A stretch of 41,266 nucleotides of DNA from the IMG/VR virus record IMGVR_UViG_3300029746_000018. One strand, written 5' to 3'. Below, piece after piece: positions 39,992-41,266 of this stretch. The notes beneath the pieces were generated by a model that made no database searches, was not told the origin of the DNA, and saw nothing but the letters and a program-made list of their open reading frames with translations. Numbering within the stretch: position 1 is the stretch's first letter; every line of letters begins with the position of its first letter. The DNA is from a virus. The translations under genes were made by a program, and so were the position numbers.

Positions 39992-41266
39992 CTATCTCAC
40001 CTCAATCTTTACTTTTAATACTTCTTCTAATGGGGCAAACGTCATTGATACTTCTCCGTTCGTTACAGAAACAGTTTCCGGTGCAACCTTATACTTATTC
40101 GTATAAATATCAATGGTTGAATTTTCTGTGATTGCTGTATTCTGAAACGCAATACTTGTACCGCCGACTGGAATCGTTCCAATATTGACACTCGGAACCC
40201 TTGCTTTTTTATTCAATTCTGCCGTTGTGTCGTTCGGAAGTTTTGAAACTTTGTTCTTGTCTGTGTCTGTATAGTCATTCTTGGATAGATTTTTGCCTGC
40301 AACTTTGTCGACCTTGTTTCTCAGGGCGTCTGTGGTGTTGGCAGGCAGATTATCTACTTTTCCTTTGTCCGCATTGTTATAATTATTCGCAGACAATCCC
40401 ATTCCATCGACTTTGTCTACCTTTGTATCAAGACCGGCTTTCAGTTGAGAAGTCGTTGCATAATCTCCGCCAGATGCCTCTCTTGCCTGTTCCATGTAAT
40501 ACTTGGCGTTGTCAACATCTTCACCCTCTCTTGTTCCTGTGCCGCCTTTTGTATAGGACTGCGCCAAAATAGCGGAATTGTTTGCCGCGTTTGCTCTTTG
40601 ATTTGCTATCGTTGCGGCGTTCCCTGCGCTTGTTGCGCTTTCCGAAGCCGCATCTTTCGAAGCCGCAGCGGATTCTGAATATCCCTTAGCGGACTGCTCA
40701 AATGTGCTCGCGTTGTTTGCGCTTGCCTCTGCCGCTGTCGCGCTTCCCGCCGCTGAATTTGCGCTTCCTGCCGCCGCAGAAACATATCCCTCTAAGGTTG
40801 ATACTGCCGCAAGCGACAAATAGTCTAGTGTGATAGAGTTCGGTTTCACACTGATGCTTACAGAATATTTCGGGTCTTCCGTAACGGCAATCGTATCGGA
40901 GTTATTAAAGGTGTATACGTTCAGTAATGATGTGACATCGGTTTGCGTATAGGTCCCGTCTTGGTTCGTGATTCTTAAATATGTCTTTCCGTCAATTTCC
41001 ATCAACTCAAAGCTTGCAGGGATTTTTTCAAGGTCGGTATCAATTTCGGTTACAGTTCCGCTCTTTGTTGTGATTTTGAATTTTCCGTCTCCCTTTGTGA
41101 AGCTGATGCTCTCAACTAAATCATTTGTTTCTTCGGATATCTTCGCATCAGTCTCTGCCTTTGTGTAACGGGATGCAATATCATCTGCGATGCTGTCAAG
41201 CCCAAGAGTTATCAATAAATCGACTAATGCATTGTGCTTATCCATATTCAGCTGCGGAAATTTATC
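39992..41266 (-). CDS. tail fibre protein, body (true start at 210 across the circular junction; 461 aa in total)
   Basis: Contains an Ala/Ser-rich coiled segment. Also has repeated K.DKV.GKxLSxNDYT-type motifs typical of phage fibres. The ORF stays open to the window end and continues from 210..1. Confidence 0.7.
   Translation of the reverse strand, partial: DKFPQLNMDKHNALVDLLITLGLDSIADDIASRYTKAETDAKISEETNDLVESISFTKGDGKFKITTKSGTVTEIDTDLEKIPASFELMEIDGKTYLRITNQDGTYTQTDVTSLLNVYTFNNSDTIAVTEDPKYSVSISVKPNSITLDYLSLAAVSTLEGYVSAAAGSANSAAGSATAAEASANNASTFEQSAKGYSESAAASKDAASESATSAGNAATIANQRANAANNSAILAQSYTKGGTGTREGEDVDNAKYYMEQAREASGGDYATTSQLKAGLDTKVDKVDGMGLSANNYNNADKGKVDNLPANTTDALRNKVDKVAGKNLSKNDYTDTDKNKVSKLPNDTTAELNKKARVPSVNIGTIPVGGTSIAFQNTAITENSTIDIYTNKYKVAPETVSVTNGEVSMTFAPLEEVLKVKIEVR
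41168..41266. repeat. terminal direct repeat identical to 1..99
   Basis: See the feature at 1..99. Confidence 0.9.

Noticed and set aside
1-41266. Diversity-generating retroelement, retron, CRISPR-Cas, toxin-antitoxin pair or stop-codon recoding
   Set aside because: No reverse transcriptase, cas gene, template/variable repeat pair or obvious toxin was seen. All long genes are intact under the standard code, and the only tRNA has a sense (Tyr) anticodon.

Overview
This window is a complete, circularly closed phage genome of about 41.17 kb. It is a temperate tailed dsDNA phage or an excised prophage. The host is probably a Gram-positive, possibly spore-forming Firmicute.

The first 99 nt are identical to the last 99 nt, which is an assembly overlap. 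The tail-fibre gene runs through that junction. Almost all genes are on the minus strand.

Reading down the minus strand:
- Early operon, about 25.2 to 11.6 kb. It starts with small membrane proteins, a Cro-like HTH and a 3D-domain wall hydrolase. Recombination and replication genes follow: a Rad52-like SSAP with a YqaJ-type exonuclease, SSB, a RusA-like protein and a DnaD-like/DnaC-like pair. After these come a DNA methyltransferase, an NTGxx-repeat protein, about ten tiny Cys-rich proteins, an HNH endonuclease and two all-alpha NTP-pyrophosphohydrolase-like proteins. An ArpU/RinA-like activator closes the operon.
- A 1.2 kb non-coding island that carries tRNA-Tyr.
- Late operon. The head genes come first: terS, terL, portal, scaffold, capsid and adaptor. 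Next are a 692-aa tail protein, the tail fibre, a Kelch-like protein, a PG-binding protein and a 1647-aa giant protein. It ends with a CHAP-SH3 endolysin, holin-like genes and a sigma-region-4 mini-protein.
- A terminator-insulated five-gene cassette of unknown function next to the integrase.

Plus-strand islands:
- A lysogeny operon at 25.3-28.0 kb: CI-like repressor, ImmA-like protein, an exported FN3-like protein and a large serine recombinase.
- A membrane-tethered wHTH-like gene at 24.4 kb.
- An AP2-like / RHH / J-like / membrane cassette at 9.9-11.5 kb.

No tail tube, sheath or tape-measure-chaperone genes are recognisable, so the virion module looks podovirus-like. All function calls rest on motifs I recognised by eye and on gene order. 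No database search was run.
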